Below are positions 28,036 through 38,228 of a stretch of 64,000 nucleotides of DNA, piece by piece (within the stretch, counting starts at the first letter, position 1; each line of letters starts with the position of its first letter). A program made the translations under genes and the position numbers. The stretch is from an uncultured Alphaproteobacteria bacterium. GTDB lineage: Bacteria; Pseudomonadota; Alphaproteobacteria; Methylaequorales; Methylaequoraceae. The stretch spans positions 65,447 through 129,446 of the forward strand of contig CACJRF010000001.1 of assembly GCA_902595755.1 (NCBI GenBank). Reading direction: 5' to 3'. Below the pieces are notes generated by a model. It searched no databases. It had not been told where the DNA came from and saw nothing but the letters and a program-made list of their open reading frames with translations.

Positions 28036-30678
28036 TTAATCTTCAATTACATAACCAAGGGATGACGATAACCATTTTTCTGCAATATTTTTATTAACAC
28101 CTTTTCTTTTAGCATAATCTTTAACTTGATCTTCATAAACTTTACCAACTCCAAAATAAGCTGAACTGGGGTTTGAAAAATATAATCCTGATACTGAGCT
28201 AGATGGTGACATTGCAAAAGATTCTGTTAGTTTAACATTAATATTTTCATCTGCTTTAAGTAATCTAAATAGTGTTTTTTTTTCTGTATGATCTGGACAA
28301 GCAGGATAACCTGGAGCAGGTCTTATACCTATATATTCTTCATTTATTAACTGATCATTTGAGAATTTTTCACCATTTGCATAACCCCAAAATTTTGTTC
28401 TAACATCAACATGTAACATTTCCGCTAATGCTTCTGCAATTCTGTCTCCTAAAGCTTTAACGAGTATTGAATTATAATCGTCATTTTTATCTTCATAATA
28501 TTTAGCCAATTTTTCTATTCCCTCACCTGCTGTTACTATAAAGCCTCCGATATAATCCTCAATATTCGCTGAGGTGGGAGCAACAAAGTCTGCAAGGCAA
28601 AAATTTGCTCTTTTTGATTTTGATTTTGATCTATCCATCTGTTGCCTTAGAAAGTAAAGTCTTGATACCTCGACCTTAGTCTTTTCATCGTAAACGGCTA
28701 TATCATCACCAACCGAATTGGCTGGCCAAAAGCCAAAAACAGCCTTTGGACTGGTGAGATTCTCTTCAGTAATTTTATCAAGCATTTTCTTAGCATCTTT
28801 CCATAGGTCTGATGCAGCTTTTCCAATTATTTTATCCTCAAGAATTTTAGGAAATTTTCCGTATAATTCCCATGCTTCAAAAAAAGGATTCCAGTCAATA
28901 AATTTAGATATTTTTTTAATACTTATATTCTGTTGGAAATTAATTTTTTTCACTTTGGGTGTTGGGGGCGTATAACTATTCCAGTTAAACACAAACCTAT
29001 TTTTTCTGCAATTTTCTATATTATTTAACGAAGATTTTTCTTTTTTAAAATAATTGTTTCTTAGCGAGGAATACTCTTTAGCTAATGAATCTATAAAAGG
29101 CTTTACCTTATTTTTTGAAATAAGATTAGATGCAACTGCAACAGCTTTGGAAGCATCAGTTACATGGCAAACGCCAAAATCATAAAGAGGGTCAATTTTT
29201 ATAGCAGTATGAATTTTACTTGTAGTCGCACCACCTATCAGTAGTGGTTTAGTGACATTATTTCTCTTTAATTCGCTTGCTACAAAGCACATTTCATCTA
29301 AACTTGGTGTTATTAAGCCAGACAAGCCGATAAGATCGACATTTTCTTTAATTGCGGTCTCTATGATTTTATTTGCTGTAACCATGACTCCTAAATCAAT
29401 TATTTCAAAATTATTACATTGTAAAACAACACCTACTATATTTTTACCAATATCGTGAACATCCCCTTTAACTGTAGCTAAAAGAATTTTACCTTTCTTT
29501 TTTGCCTTTTCTTCTGTATTACTTTCCATAAAAGGTAAAAGGTAAGCAACTGATTGCTTCATAACTCTGGCTGATTTAACAACTTGAGGTAAAAACATTT
29601 TTCCAGACCCAAATAAATCTCCTACAACATTCATTCCATCCATTAGTGGACCCTCAATGATCTCTAGTGGAGACTTATTGGTTTTTCTTAAACTTTCGGT
29701 ATCACTCTCAATAAATTCATTAATACCATTTACAAGTGCATACTCTATTTTTTTTTCGAGGGATTGTTTTCTCCACTCATTGGTAACTTTTTTTCTTTCT
29801 ACATTTCCCGAATATTTCTTTGATATTTCAAGAAGGTTATCTGTAGCTAAATTAGATTTATTAAATAGTACATCCTCGACCGCCGTTTTAAGATCATTAG
29901 GAATTTGCTCGTAAATAGTAATTTGTCCTGCATTTACGATTGCCATGTCTAGTCCATATTTTATAGCATGATATAAAAAGCAAGAATGCATCGCCTCTCT
30001 AACTTGATTATTTCCTCTAAAACTAAATGAAACGTTTGACAAACCACCAGAAACTTTTGCGAAAGGAAGTTTAGATTTAATTAATTTTGTTGCTTCGAAA
30101 AAATCTAACGCATAGTTGTTATGCTCCTCGATACCAGTCGCTACAGCAAAGACATTAGGATCAAATATTATATCTTGAGGATGGAAGTTAATTTTTTTTA
30201 CTAATAAATTATACGCTCTTTGACATATATTAAATTTTCTATCAACATTATCCGCTTGCCCTTTTTCATCAAAAGCCATAACTACCACTGCACCACCATA
30301 AGACTTAATTTTTTCTGCCTGAGATAAGAATATTTCTTCACCCTCTTTGAGGCTTATAGAATTGACAATTGCCTTACCTTGAATACATTTTAAACCTGCT
30401 TCAATTACTTCCCATTTGGAAGAATCAATCATAAAAGGAACTTTTGCAATATCAGGTTCTACCGAAATTAAGTTTAAATACTTCCTCATAGCTTCCTTTG
30501 AATCAAGCAAACCTTCATCCATATTTATATCAATAATTTGAGCACCATTATCAATTTGATCTTTGGCAATTGCTACCGCTTCCTCAAATTGATCAGACAT
30601 TATTAGCTTTTTGAATTTTGCTGAACCAGTTACATTTGTTCTCTCGCCAATATTTATAAAATTTATATTTGAATTCAT
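28036..30678 (-). CDS. metH: Methionine synthase MetH, C-terminal polypeptide: pterin-binding, cap/B12-binding and AdoMet-reactivation domains
   Basis: 880 aa. It is colinear from residue 1 with E. coli MetH from about residue 350: [20 protein letters not shown].., [12 protein letters not shown] and [19 protein letters not shown]. The cobalamin-binding motif is [11 protein letters not shown], and the C-terminal activation domain has ..[12 protein letters not shown].. Confidence 0.95.
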   Translation of the reverse strand: MNSNINFINIGERTNVTGSAKFKKLIMSDQFEEAVAIAKDQIDNGAQIIDINMDEGLLDSKEAMRKYLNLISVEPDIAKVPFMIDSSKWEVIEAGLKCIQGKAIVNSISLKEGEEIFLSQAEKIKSYGGAVVVMAFDEKGQADNVDRKFNICQRAYNLLVKKINFHPQDIIFDPNVFAVATGIEEHNNYALDFFEATKLIKSKLPFAKVSGGLSNVSFSFRGNNQVREAMHSCFLYHAIKYGLDMAIVNAGQITIYEQIPNDLKTAVEDVLFNKSNLATDNLLEISKKYSGNVERKKVTNEWRKQSLEKKIEYALVNGINEFIESDTESLRKTNKSPLEIIEGPLMDGMNVVGDLFGSGKMFLPQVVKSARVMKQSVAYLLPFMESNTEEKAKKKGKILLATVKGDVHDIGKNIVGVVLQCNNFEIIDLGVMVTANKIIETAIKENVDLIGLSGLITPSLDEMCFVASELKRNNVTKPLLIGGATTSKIHTAIKIDPLYDFGVCHVTDASKAVAVASNLISKNKVKPFIDSLAKEYSSLRNNYFKKEKSSLNNIENCRKNRFVFNWNSYTPPTPKVKKINFQQNISIKKISKFIDWNPFFEAWELYGKFPKILEDKIIGKAASDLWKDAKKMLDKITEENLTSPKAVFGFWPANSVGDDIAVYDEKTKVEVSRLYFLRQQMDRSKSKSKRANFCLADFVAPTSANIEDYIGGFIVTAGEGIEKLAKYYEDKNDDYNSILVKALGDRIAEALAEMLHVDVRTKFWGYANGEKFSNDQLINEEYIGIRPAPGYPACPDHTEKKTLFRLLKADENINVKLTESFAMSPSSSVSGLYFSNPSSAYFGVGKVYEDQVKDYAKRKGVNKNIAEKWLSSSLGYVIED

Positions 30679-30679
30679 A

Positions 30680-31720
30680 CTAAAACTGAAAAGATTCTAA
30701 TCCTGATAATTGCAACTTTGGCTCGAAATTCTTTTTTTGTCTTGGTTCGATGTTTTTAACATTTTTTTTCATCAAGTTTATATGCTCTGGGGTTGTGCCA
30801 CAACATCCACCAATAATATTAATATAGCCATTTTTACTCCATTTTCTAGCAAAGTTTCCCATAGATTCTGGAGTTTCATCATATTCTCCAAATGCATTTG
30901 GAAGTCCTGCGTTTGGATGTACACTTATAAATTTTTCCGATATTCTATCTAATTCAATAACATAAGGTTCAAGTTCTTTGGGTCCCAATGCACAGTTTAA
31001 ACCAATACTTAAAGGGTTAACATGTATAATAGAATTATAAAAAGCTTCAATAGTTTGTCCAGATAAAGTTCTTCCTGATAAATCTGTTATAGTCGCTGAG
31101 ATCATGACTGGAAGTGTTGTTTTTAATTTGTCTTGTATATTTTGAATAGCCATCAAAGCAGCTTTTGCATTTAATGTATCAAATACTGTTTCAACCATGA
31201 TTAGGTCAACTCCTGATGAAATTAAAGCTTCTGTTGACTCTTCATAATCCGTTAGCAATTCATCAAAAGTTATGTTTCTAAACCCGGGGTTATTAACATC
31301 TGGGGACATTGAGCAAGTTCTATTTGTTGGTCCTAAAACTCCTGCGACAAACTTTACTTCATTTGGATTTTTTTCCAGGTAATCGTCTACTGCTTTTCTT
31401 GCAATTTTTCCTCCTTGAAAATTTAATTCGTTAGATATATCTGCACAGTCATAATCACTTTGAGAAACTCTTGTTGAATTAAATGTGTTTGTTTCAATTA
31501 TATCAGCGCCTGACATTAAATATTTGGTATGAATGTCATAAATTAATTTTTCTTTTGTCAAATTTAAAATATCGTTATTACCTTTCAAGAGAATTTTTGT
31601 ATCCTTAAATTTGGCTCCTCGAAAATCGTCTTCCTCTAATTTTTCTTGCTGAATCATTGTTCCCATTGCTCCATCAAGAATTAATATTCTTTCTTTTAAT
31701 GCTTCTTGTATTTTTTTCAT
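30680..31720 (-). CDS. metH: Methionine synthase MetH, N-terminal polypeptide: homocysteine S-methyltransferase domain
   Basis: 346 aa with [10 protein letters not shown], ..IETNTF, zinc ligands ..GLNCALGP.. and [11 protein letters not shown]. It ends ..[11 protein letters not shown], equivalent to the E. coli MetH Hcy/pterin linker. The stop is TAG, then 1 nt, then the ATG of the 880-aa ORF. Confidence 0.9.
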   Translation of the reverse strand: MKKIQEALKERILILDGAMGTMIQQEKLEEDDFRGAKFKDTKILLKGNNDILNLTKEKLIYDIHTKYLMSGADIIETNTFNSTRVSQSDYDCADISNELNFQGGKIARKAVDDYLEKNPNEVKFVAGVLGPTNRTCSMSPDVNNPGFRNITFDELLTDYEESTEALISSGVDLIMVETVFDTLNAKAALMAIQNIQDKLKTTLPVMISATITDLSGRTLSGQTIEAFYNSIIHVNPLSIGLNCALGPKELEPYVIELDRISEKFISVHPNAGLPNAFGEYDETPESMGNFARKWSKNGYINIIGGCCGTTPEHINLMKKNVKNIEPRQKKNFEPKLQLSGLESFQF

Positions 31721-32565
31721 ATATCATCCTTTAAGATTCTGATACCCAAAATATGACATATAGCAAAAGACAAATCAGCTCTATTTAGTGTATAGAAATG
31801 AAAGTCCTTAATTCCCGAAGAAATTAGTTTTATACATTGGTCGTAAACTATTGTAGTGGCAACTAGCTTTCTAGTTTCATTATCAGAGTCTAAACCTTGG
31901 AACATATCAGATAAAGATTTTGGTACTTTACAATTCATTTTTTTTGCAAATTCCATTGTTTTTTTACAGTTTGTAACTGGAAGAATTCCAGGTATTATAG
32001 GAATCGATATTCCTCTTTTTATCGCTCCATCTAAATAGTCAAAATAACTGTTTACATCAAAAAAGAACTGCGTGATTGCCTTATTAGCACCCAAATCAAT
32101 TTTCTTTTTCAATACATCATATTCCTGCTCTATAGATTTAGAGTCTGGATGTTTTTCAGGATATGCAGACACCGTTATTTCAAAGTCAAATTTTCGCTTG
32201 AGAACTTTTATCAAATCAGTAGCAAAACTTAATTCATTCTTTCCTTTTTTTACAAGTGGAACATCACCTCTAAGTGCTACAATGTGCTTAATATCGTTGT
32301 TCCAATAATCATCAGCGATTTTCTCAATTTCTTGAACTGAGGTATCAATGCAGGTTAGATGCGCCGCTGGAATTAGATTTGTTTTTTTTTTTATTTCTTT
32401 TACTAAATTATGTGTGTTTTCCCTTGTTGACCCTCCCGCACCATAGGTAACAGAGATAAATTTTGGTTGAAGAGGTTCTAATCTTCTTATATTCGACCAT
32501 AAAGATTCGATAGACTCTTTGTTTTTAGGTGGAAAAAATTCAAAAGAAACGTTTATATTGTTCAT
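31717..32565 (-). CDS. metF: 5,10-methylenetetrahydrofolate reductase MetF
   Basis: 282 aa with SFEFFPPK, ..VTYGAGGSTR..T, AHLTC and ..LRGD. It overlaps the downstream metH N-terminal ORF by 4 nt. Confidence 0.93.
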   Translation of the reverse strand: MNNINVSFEFFPPKNKESIESLWSNIRRLEPLQPKFISVTYGAGGSTRENTHNLVKEIKKKTNLIPAAHLTCIDTSVQEIEKIADDYWNNDIKHIVALRGDVPLVKKGKNELSFATDLIKVLKRKFDFEITVSAYPEKHPDSKSIEQEYDVLKKKIDLGANKAITQFFFDVNSYFDYLDGAIKRGISIPIIPGILPVTNCKKTMEFAKKMNCKVPKSLSDMFQGLDSDNETRKLVATTIVYDQCIKLISSGIKDFHFYTLNRADLSFAICHILGIRILKDDI

Positions 32566-32678
32566 AAAAAGTGTAAATATATAATGTAAAATATAAGAAA
32601 TAATTTAATTGTATTTTTTTGTCTATTTTTTTATTTTAAATAGTATAATATTTAAAGAAATATTATAATGTAAAAATT

Positions 32679-33635
32679 ATGTTAATGTCTAATTTCAAAA
32701 TATATAGATTTTTACTACTTGGTCTAATTATAATTCTTACGAGTGGAAGCCCAAGTACATCTTTCTCAAAAAATAATGGTGAAAATGATCCTTTTGAGGG
32801 CGCTAACCGTAATATATTCAAGTTTAATGAAAAATTGGATGATTATTTTTTTAAACCTGTTGCTAAAGGTTGGAGAAAACTACCTGATATACCAAGAAAA
32901 CCTCTTACAAATCTAGCAGACACAGCCAAAGTCCCGGTTAGTCTAGCAAATGCAATACTTCAGTTGAATAAAGAAAGTATTGGAAATATTTTAGGTAGAT
33001 TTCTAATTAATATGACTTTTGGGTTAGGAGGTCTCTTTGATGTGGCTAGTACTGAAAATTTTGGTAATATGCCTAAAACACATGAAGATTTTGGGCAGAC
33101 TCTTGCGGTCTGGGGAGTTCCAGACGGACCTTATGTCATGTTGCCAATTTTTGGTCCATCAAGCGTAAGAGATAGTGTTGGAATGGGTGTTGACGCAATA
33201 ACAAACCCGCTTTCCTTTGCATACAGGATGAATGGAATTGGCCTTGAAGCAAGACTTTCTGGCCCAGTTGTTAGAGGAGTATCTACAAGAGAAAAATACC
33301 TTGACTATGTTGATGAAATTAAGGCTGGGTCACTCGATTGGTACGCAACTATGAGAAGTTTATATAGACAGAAAAGAAAAAAAGAAATTTCAGGTAAATT
33401 AGAAAATGAAAAAGTAAGTTTTGATTTAATACCAACCGATGTATATGAAGATGATGTATTGGATACTGAGATTGTGAGTTTAGACACTAAAAATGCAAAT
33501 GAAGTCAAAACTGAGTTATCCAAAACTGAGTTGGTTAAAGAAGTTAAGGTTGCAAACAAAAGATATTATAATGGTATACTGCCTTCTTCTAATTATCCTG
33601 GGTTTAACGAGTCAAGAGTCAATCTAATAGAATAG
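32679..33635 (+). CDS. mlaA: MlaA/VacJ family lipid-asymmetry protein (no lipobox cysteine; long C-terminal extension)
   Basis: 318 aa with DPFEGANRNIFKFN..LD....KPVAKGW, ..GLGGLFDVAS.. and FGQTLAVWGVPDGPYVMLPIFGPSSVRD. Confidence 0.88.
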   Translation: MLMSNFKIYRFLLLGLIIILTSGSPSTSFSKNNGENDPFEGANRNIFKFNEKLDDYFFKPVAKGWRKLPDIPRKPLTNLADTAKVPVSLANAILQLNKESIGNILGRFLINMTFGLGGLFDVASTENFGNMPKTHEDFGQTLAVWGVPDGPYVMLPIFGPSSVRDSVGMGVDAITNPLSFAYRMNGIGLEARLSGPVVRGVSTREKYLDYVDEIKAGSLDWYATMRSLYRQKRKKEISGKLENEKVSFDLIPTDVYEDDVLDTEIVSLDTKNANEVKTELSKTELVKEVKVANKRYYNGILPSSNYPGFNESRVNLIE

Positions 33636-33652
33636 AAGTAAGAAGTATAGGT

Positions 33653-34249
33653 ATGCGTAAGATACTAAATTTATTTTTAATAACTTTCAGCTTATTGTTC
33701 TTTTCAAATGTAAGTGCCGATTCAAATACAGAGGGAAGTAAGAGTTTTGTAGAAAAACTTGGGAAAGAGGTAATAGAAACAGTTTCTGATGAAAAACTCA
33801 CGGACTCTCAGAGAAGATCAAATTTTAGATACTTATACTTAAATGCTTTTGATAACTTTTATATTTCAAGGTTTGTTCTTGGAAGATATTGGAAAAGAAT
33901 TGATAAGTCTGTTAAGGAGGAATTTATCAAAACCTTTAACGATTATATAGTTTCTACATATGCACCTAAATTCAAGGGATGGCAAGGAGAATTTAAAGCC
34001 GTTGACGCCTTAATAGAAAAGAATTTTTATAATGTTAAGATGGACGTCATAAACAAAGATGGACCAGTTTTAAAACTTATTTGGAAAATATATTTAGATA
34101 AAAATAAAAACTTTAAAATCTTGGATGTAAACATTGACGGCGTTAGTATGTTAGTTACGCAAAGAGCGGAGTTTATGTCTGTCATAAAAAACAATCCTGA
34201 TGGTGTAATTGGTCTGATTAAAGCAATGAAGAAGAAAATACTAATATAA
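33653..34249 (+). CDS. mlaC: Phospholipid-binding periplasmic protein MlaC (Ttg2D/toluene-tolerance family)
   Basis: 198 aa with a signal peptide. ..FDNFYISRFVLGRYWKRIDKSVKEEFIKTFNDYIVSTYAPKF.. fits the MlaC family pattern. Confidence 0.82.
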   Translation: MRKILNLFLITFSLLFFSNVSADSNTEGSKSFVEKLGKEVIETVSDEKLTDSQRRSNFRYLYLNAFDNFYISRFVLGRYWKRIDKSVKEEFIKTFNDYIVSTYAPKFKGWQGEFKAVDALIEKNFYNVKMDVINKDGPVLKLIWKIYLDKNKNFKILDVNIDGVSMLVTQRAEFMSVIKNNPDGVIGLIKAMKKKILI

Positions 34250-34281
34250 TAACACTAATATTATATTCAAATTTATATTAA

Positions 34282-34358
34282 TGGTAGGCCCGGAGGGACT
34301 TGAACCCCCGACAACACCGTTATGAGCGGTGCGTTCTAACCAACTGAACTACGGGCCT
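34282..34358 (-). tRNA. tRNA with anticodon CAT: elongator tRNA-Met or tRNA-Ile2 (lysidine type), not initiator; CCA encoded
   Basis: Folded by hand from AGGCCCG TA GTTC AGTTGGTTA GAAC G CACCG CTCATAA CGGTG TTGTC GGGGG TTCAAGT CCCTC CGGGCCT A CCA. This gives a 7-bp acceptor stem (A1-U72), a 4-bp D stem, a 5-bp anticodon stem and a 5-bp T stem with a TTCAAGT loop. It lacks the 1x72 mismatch and the GGG/CCC anticodon stem of initiators. Confidence 0.9.
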
Positions 34359-34459
34359 TCACAATCAAATATATATATATAATCTATACAGTAGTTTAGA
34401 ATAATCTCCAGAAAAATTTATTCAATTAGTTAGTTGTTTTAACAATCAACTCAAAACAA

Positions 34460-36442
34460 TTAATTATCAAGAAAACTTCTTAGTTTCCTTGATCTACTAG
34501 GGTGCTTTAGCTTTCTGAGACCTTTGGCCTCGATTTGACGAATCCGTTCTCTTGTAACCGAAAATTGTTGCCCTACCTCCTCTAGCGTATGGTCTGTATT
34601 CATACCAATACCAAACCGCATCCTCAGAACTCTTTCCTCTCTTGGAGTCAAGGTTGAAAGAACACTGGTTGTAGTTTCTCTAAGATTGTTTTGAATTGCA
34701 GCATCCAATGGTAGCTTAATTGCTTTATCTTCTATAAAATCGCCTAAATGGCTATCGTCTTCATCACCGACAGGTGTTTCTAAACTTATAGGTTCTTTTG
34801 CAATTTTTAAGACTTTTCTAACTTTTTCAAGAGGCATTCCTAACCTCGAAGCTAATTCTTCAGGTTGTGGTTCGGTCCCATTTTCATTTAGAATCTGTCT
34901 TGATACCCTTACAAGTTTACTTATTGTCTCTATCATATGTACAGGAATTCTTATTGTTCTAGCTTGATCTGCTATAGATCGCGTAATTGCCTGTCTTATC
35001 CACCAAGTTGCATAGGTTGAGAATTTATAACCTCTTCTATATTCAAATTTGTCAACAGCCTTCATAAGTCCGATATTACCTTCTTGAATTAAGTCCAAAA
35101 ATTGCAGCCCTCTATTGGTATATTTTTTCGCTATAGAGATTACTAACCTAAGATTAGCCTCTATCATCTCCTTCTTGGCTTTTCCAGATTCTCTTACTCC
35201 TTGATCAATCAAACCAGATATTTCCTTGATCTCACTGATGGTCATTAATGTTTGATTGGTTATTTCCTTGAACTTATTAATTATTTCCTGAGTAAATTCT
35301 TTCTTTGCAAAAGCATCCCACTTTTTATTACTCTTTTTAGAAAGATTTTTTAGCCAGTTTTTATTAGTGCTATTTTTTTCGTATTCTTTAAAAAAATCAC
35401 TCCGACTTATTCTCAATTTAGTAGCGATATCAAGAAGTCTACTTTCTCCTTTCAAAATCAACGAGTAATAACTTTTATGATTTTCAACTACATCATCGAT
35501 TCTATTTTGGTTAATAAAAAGATTCATCAACAAATTTGATATATTAGCCTCTGAATTCTTTATTTTTTTTTCTATTTTTATATCAATTTTTTTATTAGAA
35601 ATCTTAAGCTGAATATGATCCTCTTTTAACTTTTTAAACTTTTTAAAGGTCTTTGAAAACTTTTCTAGATTTTCAATTATAATAGGCCTTAGATTTTCTT
35701 CTTTTTCTAATATTGATAGGTCGCTTGAATCATCGTTATAATCTGAATTATCATTATCATTTTCTTGATCATCATTTTCTTGATCATCATTTCCTTCTTT
35801 TGAATCCGATTCTTGTTCTACATCATTTTCAGAACCTTGATAAAGTTCACTATTTTCAATATCGTTAAAGTCTTCTTCCTGCTCCCCATTTACATTTCTG
35901 AAAGTTAGGTCAAGATCAATGAAGTCCCTTAACTGTCTCATTTCACTTTTATATTCATGATAAAATTTATCTATAAAACTCATAGATATAAAAGACTTGG
36001 AAAAAGCATCATTAGTCTTACGCTTTCCATCCTCAATTCTTTTTGCAATTTCAATCTCACCTATTCTGGATAAAAGTTCAACATTACCCATTTCTTTCAA
36101 ATACATTCTTACTGGATCATCTGTTCTTCCTCCATCAGATTGTTCTTTTTCATTTTCTTTAGAGGGACTATTATCTTTCTCTTCTTCCAGACTTTGTGCA
36201 TCGGTATCTTCCTCATAAATCTGAATATTAAGGCTTTCAACTTTTGAATAAAACTCTTCTTTTTCGTCGAACTTTTCATTTTCAAGCGCATTTTCACACT
36301 CATTTCTGAGAAGAAAACCATTCTTTTTTCCCTTACTAATAAGCTTCTTTAAAGACTCAACATTTTTATCTAAAAGTGGTTCTTCGACTACATCTTTTGG
36401 ATTTTTGGATACAGACTTTGACATGAATGACTTTTTATACAT
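34460..36442 (-). CDS. rpoD: RNA polymerase primary sigma factor RpoD (sigma-70)
   Basis: 660 aa with [11 protein letters not shown] (region 1.2), an acidic low-complexity insertion, region 2 ([38 protein letters not shown]), region 3, and region 4.2 ([27 protein letters not shown]). Confidence 0.97.
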   Translation of the reverse strand: MYKKSFMSKSVSKNPKDVVEEPLLDKNVESLKKLISKGKKNGFLLRNECENALENEKFDEKEEFYSKVESLNIQIYEEDTDAQSLEEEKDNSPSKENEKEQSDGGRTDDPVRMYLKEMGNVELLSRIGEIEIAKRIEDGKRKTNDAFSKSFISMSFIDKFYHEYKSEMRQLRDFIDLDLTFRNVNGEQEEDFNDIENSELYQGSENDVEQESDSKEGNDDQENDDQENDNDNSDYNDDSSDLSILEKEENLRPIIIENLEKFSKTFKKFKKLKEDHIQLKISNKKIDIKIEKKIKNSEANISNLLMNLFINQNRIDDVVENHKSYYSLILKGESRLLDIATKLRISRSDFFKEYEKNSTNKNWLKNLSKKSNKKWDAFAKKEFTQEIINKFKEITNQTLMTISEIKEISGLIDQGVRESGKAKKEMIEANLRLVISIAKKYTNRGLQFLDLIQEGNIGLMKAVDKFEYRRGYKFSTYATWWIRQAITRSIADQARTIRIPVHMIETISKLVRVSRQILNENGTEPQPEELASRLGMPLEKVRKVLKIAKEPISLETPVGDEDDSHLGDFIEDKAIKLPLDAAIQNNLRETTTSVLSTLTPREERVLRMRFGIGMNTDHTLEEVGQQFSVTRERIRQIEAKGLRKLKHPSRSRKLRSFLDN

Positions 36443-36467
36443 ATCTTATATGAATAAACTATGAATA

Positions 36468-38228
36468 TTATTCAATCTTTTTGTTCTGAATTTTGTTAAT
36501 TTCATTATTTAAATTCTGAAACCTAAGAATTAAATTTCTTGGAGAATTATCATTGTTGGAGAGTAATTCCTCTCTGACAAGTTCTCGTTCTTTTATGAGA
36601 TTTGGTAATCTTATATTATTTATAATATTGTGAAAGAATATTTCTTTATCTTTTTCTTCTATTTTCTCAATGTGTGTACTTTTTAGACTTTTTATTTCAT
36701 TTAATTCATTTTCAGAGAAAAGATTTTCGAACCACAAATCATTTTTTGTATCAAAGTTATTTTCTGAGAATAATTGAAAAATTTCATTCTTTTTTTTTTC
36801 TAAATTATTATCTCTCAGTTTTAAATTAGAAATCTCCTCAAAATATTTCATAAATATTTTTTTTTCTGTAATTAAAATTGTAATTAAAATCTTTTCATTT
36901 AAATTTTCAATAACTTTGGGTTGATTCAGAATTTTTGTCTTACTTTTACTAAATGAATTATTTTTCCATAAAAATTTATCTTTCTTATTTTTTAAAAATC
37001 TAGAGTACTCTTTTGCTACTATATTGTTAGATATTTTTGAAACATAATATTCTATTTTTTGATCAATTGTTGCAATAAACTCCGGTGTAAGTTCACTAAT
37101 TTCGTCTAATATTAAAGACCAGATTAATTCCGAAAGGTTAAGAGAATCATTCTTTAATTCTAAAAAGTCCTCTTTACCTCTTTCACTTAAAAATTGATCA
37201 GGATCTAAGTTGTTTGGAAGAATGATAAATTTTAAAGATTTACCTGGAATTAAAAAAGATAGACTTTTTATAGCAACATTTTTAGCTGCATTTACTCCAG
37301 CTTGATCACCATCAAAACAAACAAAAGGTATATCAGTATAATACCACAACTTTTTCAATTGATTTTCTGATAATGTAGTTCCCAAACTTGAAACAGAGTT
37401 TTTTATCTGAAATTCGTGTAATTTGATTACATCCAGATATCCTTCAACTAAAAAAATTTCTTTCTTAGCTCTTATAAAATCAAGGTTTTGTTTTAATCCA
37501 AATAATATATTACTTTTTTTAAAAAACTGGCTTTCCTGTGAATTAATATACTTTATTTTTGAATTATTTATTGTTCTTCCTCCAAAGCCAACAATCTTTT
37601 CACCATAATCAAATATTGGAAATGTAATTCTGTTGCTAAATCTTCCGAAAATCTCACCTTTTTTGTTTTTTATAAATAAGTCAAGTTTTTGGTAGTCATC
37701 CTCAAAAAAATTATTATTTTTAAGAAAATTCTCAAGAATATGATGTTCAGGACAAAAACCAACTTGAAAAGTATTTATCACCTCCTCGGAAATCCTTTTC
37801 TTTAAATAATCACTTGCTTTTTTATTTTTCACATAACATTCCCTAAAGAAATCATTACAAGCTTTAAGAATTTTAATTTCTGTCTGATTCAGCTGATTAT
37901 GTTTATCTTTATTTAAAAAAGTATTATTTGAAAGTTTAACACCAGTATATTCTGAAATATAATTAACAGCTTCATTAAAGGTGAAATTTTTATATTTTTT
38001 TGTAAAGGTAATAATATTTCCTCCAGCCTTACATCCGAAACAATAGAAAAGTCCTTTTTCATTATTTACATTGAAAGAGGGTGTATTTTCATTATGAAAT
38101 GGACACTTTCCAACGTAAGAATTACCCCTTTCTGATAAATTGATAAATTGACTAATAAAGTCAGAAAGTCTTACTTTTAAATTAACTAAATTTATAAATT
38201 CATTAATATTATTAGATTTATTTGTCAT
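36468..38228 (-). CDS. dnaG: DNA primase DnaG
   Basis: 586 aa with a CHC2 zinc finger (CPFHNENTPSFNVNNEKGLFYCFGCKAGGN), the RNA polymerase core ..RITFPI.D..G..VGFGGR and the TOPRIM motif ..LVEGY.D. Confidence 0.93.
   Translation of the reverse strand: MTNKSNNINEFINLVNLKVRLSDFISQFINLSERGNSYVGKCPFHNENTPSFNVNNEKGLFYCFGCKAGGNIITFTKKYKNFTFNEAVNYISEYTGVKLSNNTFLNKDKHNQLNQTEIKILKACNDFFRECYVKNKKASDYLKKRISEEVINTFQVGFCPEHHILENFLKNNNFFEDDYQKLDLFIKNKKGEIFGRFSNRITFPIFDYGEKIVGFGGRTINNSKIKYINSQESQFFKKSNILFGLKQNLDFIRAKKEIFLVEGYLDVIKLHEFQIKNSVSSLGTTLSENQLKKLWYYTDIPFVCFDGDQAGVNAAKNVAIKSLSFLIPGKSLKFIILPNNLDPDQFLSERGKEDFLELKNDSLNLSELIWSLILDEISELTPEFIATIDQKIEYYVSKISNNIVAKEYSRFLKNKKDKFLWKNNSFSKSKTKILNQPKVIENLNEKILITILITEKKIFMKYFEEISNLKLRDNNLEKKKNEIFQLFSENNFDTKNDLWFENLFSENELNEIKSLKSTHIEKIEEKDKEIFFHNIINNIRLPNLIKERELVREELLSNNDNSPRNLILRFQNLNNEINKIQNKKIE

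Noticed and set aside
32566-32678. Possible SAM or cobalamin riboswitch in the divergent metF/mlaA spacer, and the repeated ATAATGTAAAA motif (about 32584 and 32666).
   Set aside because: The region is almost devoid of G and C and cannot form the conserved GC-containing helices of SAM-II, SAM-V or cobalamin riboswitches. The 11-nt A/T repeat is within chance expectation for this composition.
34359-34459. Candidate terminator hairpin (AGTTG..CAACT) between rpoD and the tRNA.
   Set aside because: The stem is only 4-5 bp with a 10-nt loop and no following T-run, so it is not convincing as an intrinsic terminator.
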